In this document: positions 60,911-64,000 of the stretch, piece by piece
Layout of the letters: each line of letters starts with the position of its first letter
Numbering within the stretch: the first letter of the stretch is position 1
Virus record (IMG/VR): IMGVR_UViG_3300032293_000813
Span: 23,000-86,999 of that record
Strand: one strand, 5' to 3'
Source: a virus
Lineage: Duplodnaviria; Heunggongvirae; Uroviricota; Caudoviricetes
Length of the DNA: 64,000 nt
Notes under the pieces: generated by a model
Databases searched by the model: none
What the model was told of the DNA's origin: nothing
What the model saw: the letters and a program-made list of their open reading frames with translations, nothing else
Program-made: the position numbers and the translations under genes

Positions 60911-62194
60911 TTAAGGTTTAAATCCAGATGCCACATCAACTGCAGTAGATTTCATCTTTATCAAATTCTTTTTTAAATCCTTGAGTTCAGTTAGTGTTCC
61001 TGGTTTAATCAAGCTCGTTGGTCCAGCGGGCGTAAGTAATCCACCATCTGCCAAGTTTATAATAGCAGTGAGTACATCTTCTAAAATTTGATGTAGAGTA
61101 TTCCCTAATACTGCTGGTTGCATATATGTATCACCCAATGAAATAGTACCACTCTTACCATTATATATAGTAAATTTGGTATCAGTTGATTGAATATCTA
61201 TATTTCCTTTTGAATTTATTGTAACTCCCAAATTTGTATCCACAGAAAATATACCATCTGTAATTACACCATAATGTTTTTTTGACCAAAATATCATCTC
61301 TCCTTTTCTTGAAGAAAATACTAATCTATCAGATGTGATTAGTATTTGATTTCCATCTAATTTAGGAGGATATGCTTCAAACGCATCAGATTTATTATCC
61401 AGTAATCCAGGAGCTAATGTTGCTCCTTTAGAAGGATTCATCTCAAAATCAGTTCCTAGTAATGGTTTTGGTGAACCAGGTATAAAATCTGATTTATATT
61501 TACCACTTGTTATTGCAATTGTAGAACCATCTTTATTTACATTCTCCTCTGTATCCCCTCCGCCTAATAATCCACCTAATAATCCACCTTCAGATTGTTT
61601 ATTTCGTATTATAATCGTTGGGGAAAAATTATTACTACCATTATTATACCCACTCATTCTGATTGATTGGCCGAAACGAGATTGTATTATAGTATCGCCT
61701 TCATATAGTTTTAATCTTTTAATTTTTGTATTAGGTTTAAAATAACCACCTGGATTCAACAAACTGGACACACCTGTATTAGATGATAATGCCATTGTTT
61801 TAAAATCTTTTATAGATTTACTTGGGTTTACTAGATTACCCAATGAATTTGCTCCAGCTTGTTTAGTATTTGAATTATTTATACTAGGATTGAAATTATA
61901 TCTCCTATAATATGGAACTACTGAATCCCCAAAACACTCGACTATTTCGTTTTGAAGTGGGATATTTAAAAACATCTCATCTAATGGATATACTAATAAT
62001 GGCTGTTGTGCGCTTGTAGCAATAGGTTTAACTAAACATACTCCAGGTGCAATAGGGTTACCGTTTTGGTCAGTATCCGCCTCTAAATATACTGTTTGGA
62101 CGGTGGCCAAATAAGTAGTACTTTTTTTGGGATTTATTCTATCACTTGATGTGTTAGGTTGGAATCCCGATACCGTTCTTAAAAAATCACTCAT
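60911..62194 (-). CDS. Baseplate hub/spike protein (gp5/VgrG-like)
   Basis: OB-like N-terminus (PLQNEIV), EGDTIIQSRFGQSIRM and C-terminal beta repeats; located upstream of gp25 and gp6. Confidence 0.6.
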   Translation of the reverse strand: MSDFLRTVSGFQPNTSSDRINPKKSTTYLATVQTVYLEADTDQNGNPIAPGVCLVKPIATSAQQPLLVYPLDEMFLNIPLQNEIVECFGDSVVPYYRRYNFNPSINNSNTKQAGANSLGNLVNPSKSIKDFKTMALSSNTGVSSLLNPGGYFKPNTKIKRLKLYEGDTIIQSRFGQSIRMSGYNNGSNNFSPTIIIRNKQSEGGLLGGLLGGGDTEENVNKDGSTIAITSGKYKSDFIPGSPKPLLGTDFEMNPSKGATLAPGLLDNKSDAFEAYPPKLDGNQILITSDRLVFSSRKGEMIFWSKKHYGVITDGIFSVDTNLGVTINSKGNIDIQSTDTKFTIYNGKSGTISLGDTYMQPAVLGNTLHQILEDVLTAIINLADGGLLTPAGPTSLIKPGTLTELKDLKKNLIKMKSTAVDVASGFKP

Positions 62195-62625
62195 TATTTT
62201 TTAGTTTGCTCTAGTTTCCTTTGGATTTCTTCCAATTCATATTCAATATCATCTACTTTATCCATAGTTTTTGCTTGAACATCTTTTGAAATCTTCTCCA
62301 ATTCACCTAATAACTCTTCCTTTTCTTTGTCGGATAACAATCCTCCATCGTTAGTTCCTTTATATTCCATAGCAACAAATCGTTGTCCAATTGTTGCTAA
62401 TCTAATCAATATGTCATCATTCTCTACTGAGAACTTAACCAAATCTTTAATAACCGGTCCAATTGATGCTATATCACCCGCATGTCTGATTTGTTTTTTG
62501 AATTCCTCAATCAAATCACTTATTTTCTGTTTTTTTGAATGTTGGTTGGAATATATCTCACCGAATAAGTCAGATAACTTCTTTTCCCCAAACATTACAA
62601 AATCTGTAGATTGTTGTTTTGCCAT
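62194..62625 (-). CDS. Hypothetical helical protein
   Basis: Start reassigned to ATG 62625 (MAKQQ), right after the late motif at 62629-62637; this avoids a 120-bp overlap with the SGNH gene. Confidence 0.65.
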   Translation of the reverse strand: MAKQQSTDFVMFGEKKLSDLFGEIYSNQHSKKQKISDLIEEFKKQIRHAGDIASIGPVIKDLVKFSVENDDILIRLATIGQRFVAMEYKGTNDGGLLSDKEKEELLGELEKISKDVQAKTMDKVDDIEYELEEIQRKLEQTKK

Positions 62626-62628
62626 ACT

Positions 62629-62637
62629 AATAAATAC
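62629..62637 (-). promoter_or_regulatory. Putative late promoter
   Basis: GTATTTATT, 3 nt upstream of ATG 62625. Confidence 0.55.
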
Positions 62638-62641
62638 CTTA

Positions 62642-63424
62642 TTAAATAATTTTTTGTGTATCGATAAATTTATAGAATTCATCAGATAGTAATTGGTATC
62701 CTTCCGAATTAGGGTGCTGTGTTCCACGAGTATCCCATCGTTCTGTATGCTCCCATAAATCAACCCTGTTAAACGTATTTAAATACCCCCTAGCGGTTTG
62801 TTTTCTGAATTCCCAATAAACTCTACCATCTATCAAATCCGTCTTATCATAGTGAGGCAGAATACCCATAAACATATCTTCTATACCATCTATAAAGATG
62901 TGAGATATCTTATAGTGTTTAAAAAATTCCTGTAAAAATACTATGTAATTTTGGTTAACTATACTATAATAGTTTTCGTTATATAGATTAAGTAAATAGA
63001 ATTTCTTATAATCCTCCATAAAGAAATCATAATATCTATTTTGCGTTTGGGTTGAAGTGAAGAATCTATCAGGAGTTTCCATAAGATGTTTCGTACTCCA
63101 ACTTAACCACTCACCTTTTGGCCCCTTTGGGAAAAATGGTAAGTAATCTCTTAAGGATGAACTCCACATTATGACTACTAAATCATTTTTAGTTGTTTCA
63201 CCACTTTTTATATCATCTACTATTTGATTGAATATAACATTATTGGGGTTGCCACTTATCGCATTATTTTGATAAGGTAACCCCAATTTATCACTTAAGC
63301 GTTTAACCCAACTATTTTCTTTTTGATAGATTATCTTTTCGTGTTTAGAGAGGGTATCCTCGATTTCTCGATTACATCCCTCTCCAACTGTCCAACTATC
63401 TCCGTATGCAACTATTCGTTTCAT
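62642..63424 (-). CDS. SGNH/GDSL-like protein
   Basis: YGDSWTVG, NNAISGNPN and QHPNSEGYQLLS. Confidence 0.65.
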   Translation of the reverse strand: MKRIVAYGDSWTVGEGCNREIEDTLSKHEKIIYQKENSWVKRLSDKLGLPYQNNAISGNPNNVIFNQIVDDIKSGETTKNDLVVIMWSSSLRDYLPFFPKGPKGEWLSWSTKHLMETPDRFFTSTQTQNRYYDFFMEDYKKFYLLNLYNENYYSIVNQNYIVFLQEFFKHYKISHIFIDGIEDMFMGILPHYDKTDLIDGRVYWEFRKQTARGYLNTFNRVDLWEHTERWDTRGTQHPNSEGYQLLSDEFYKFIDTQKII

Positions 63425-64000
63425 TTCTTAGTTATAACATAATCCTCTATTACTAACATATCCAATTCAACATCCAAAAATGTATCTATTGCAGTTTTGG
63501 GGTCTCTAATCATTGTCTGGTCTTTAATATTGAATGATGTATTAAGAACTATTGGGTATTCGTTTTGTTTTTCTAATTCGGTAAGTAAATCGTATATTCT
63601 AACACAATCTTCTCTATTTAAAGTTTGTATCCTAGCAGTTCCATCAACATGAGTAATCGCAGGTAACATATCTCTGTATTCTTTTTTAACACCTACTATT
63701 TGGTTCATATATGGAACTGATTTATCCCACTCAAAATATGTAGAAACATCTTCCAACTTTACAATTGGTGCGAATGGTCTAAACCCTTCTCTTTTCTTTA
63801 CTATCTTATTTATTCTATTTTTCATTTCCCCATTTGTAGGGTCAGCCAAAATAGAACGATGCCCAAGGGCTCTAGCACCAAACTCCAATCTACCTTCAAA
63901 CCAAGCCACAACTTCACCATTTGATATTGCGTTTGCAACAACTGAAATAATTTCATCATCGGATAATTTATTGTATATTAATTTTTTATTGTAATTTTGT
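63421..64000 (-). CDS. Carbamoyltransferase (NodU/CmcH/TobZ family), C-terminal part; 5' end outside the window
   Basis: WFEGRLEFGARALGHRSILADP, REGFRPFAP, THVDGTARIQT and LNTSFN; the frame stays open from 63909 to the window edge. Confidence 0.92.
   Translation of the reverse strand, partial: QNYNKKLIYNKLSDDEIISVVANAISNGEVVAWFEGRLEFGARALGHRSILADPTNGEMKNRINKIVKKREGFRPFAPIVKLEDVSTYFEWDKSVPYMNQIVGVKKEYRDMLPAITHVDGTARIQTLNREDCVRIYDLLTELEKQNEYPIVLNTSFNIKDQTMIRDPKTAIDTFLDVELDMLVIEDYVITKK

Noticed and set aside
62626-62763. Extended N-termini given by the ORF track (62763, 10017, 7289)
   Set aside because: They create long overlaps or run through promoter motifs. The downstream ATGs at 62625, 9948 and 7271 fit coupling and promoter positions better.
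482-63424. Many short ORFs in the supplied track (e.g. 482-823, 3176-3397, 5920-6234, 31126-31551, 58904-59323, 62327-62689 on the plus strand; 19220-19447, 22399-22593, 49721-49942 on the minus strand)
   Set aside because: They lie antisense to, or out of frame within, long motif-bearing genes and have no recognisable motifs, so they are shadow ORFs.
1-64000. Alternative genetic code (TAG or TGA recoding, as in some large phages)
   Set aside because: Long genes are intact in code 11. TAG (e.g. 59418, 43639) and TGA (e.g. 382, 9945) end genes at sensible boundaries.
1-64000. tRNA, rRNA or structured ncRNA genes
   Set aside because: Intergenic gaps are short (about 110 bp or less) and AT-rich. 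Apart from the terminator hairpin I saw no cloverleaf or other GC-rich stems; a tRNAscan/Infernal run would confirm.

Overview
This AT-rich window comes from a large T4-like myovirus with a contractile tail and baseplate. The host is most likely Bacteroidota, because three intergenic sites match the TTTG-N20-TAnnTTTG promoter (one with a GTTG variant). Almost every gene is on the minus strand and reads in standard code 11. In transcription order (right to left) the window holds: a carbamoyltransferase (partial) and an SGNH-like gene; a baseplate/tail block (gp5-like spike, GH19 lysin, gp25, gp6, a large wedge protein, tail-collar-like proteins); a replication/nucleotide block (GIY-YIG-like, two SGNH-like, primase, thyA, cupin, Mre11-Rad50 fusion); and a 1945-aa tail fibre with an S74 chaperone. 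These are followed by a ~26 kb sugar-synthesis and modification island (GT4-, GT2-, GT7- and GT10-like transferases, methyltransferase, two radical SAM, LamG proteins, three SDRs, split ThDP E1 alpha/beta, PLP enzyme, oxygenases, SGNH-like genes). The window ends with a modular nucleotidyltransferase/ligase-like polyprotein, an Ntn hydrolase, the terminase large subunit and the start of the portal gene. The most interesting candidates are a LamG-adaptor-based glycan tailoring system and enzymes that may be packaged and activated by cleavage after Glu. Also notable are a K-L-x-F-stop 13-bp array, a 45-bp identical tract between diverged radical SAM paralogs, and two promoter classes. All family assignments come from motif recognition by eye; no database searches were run.
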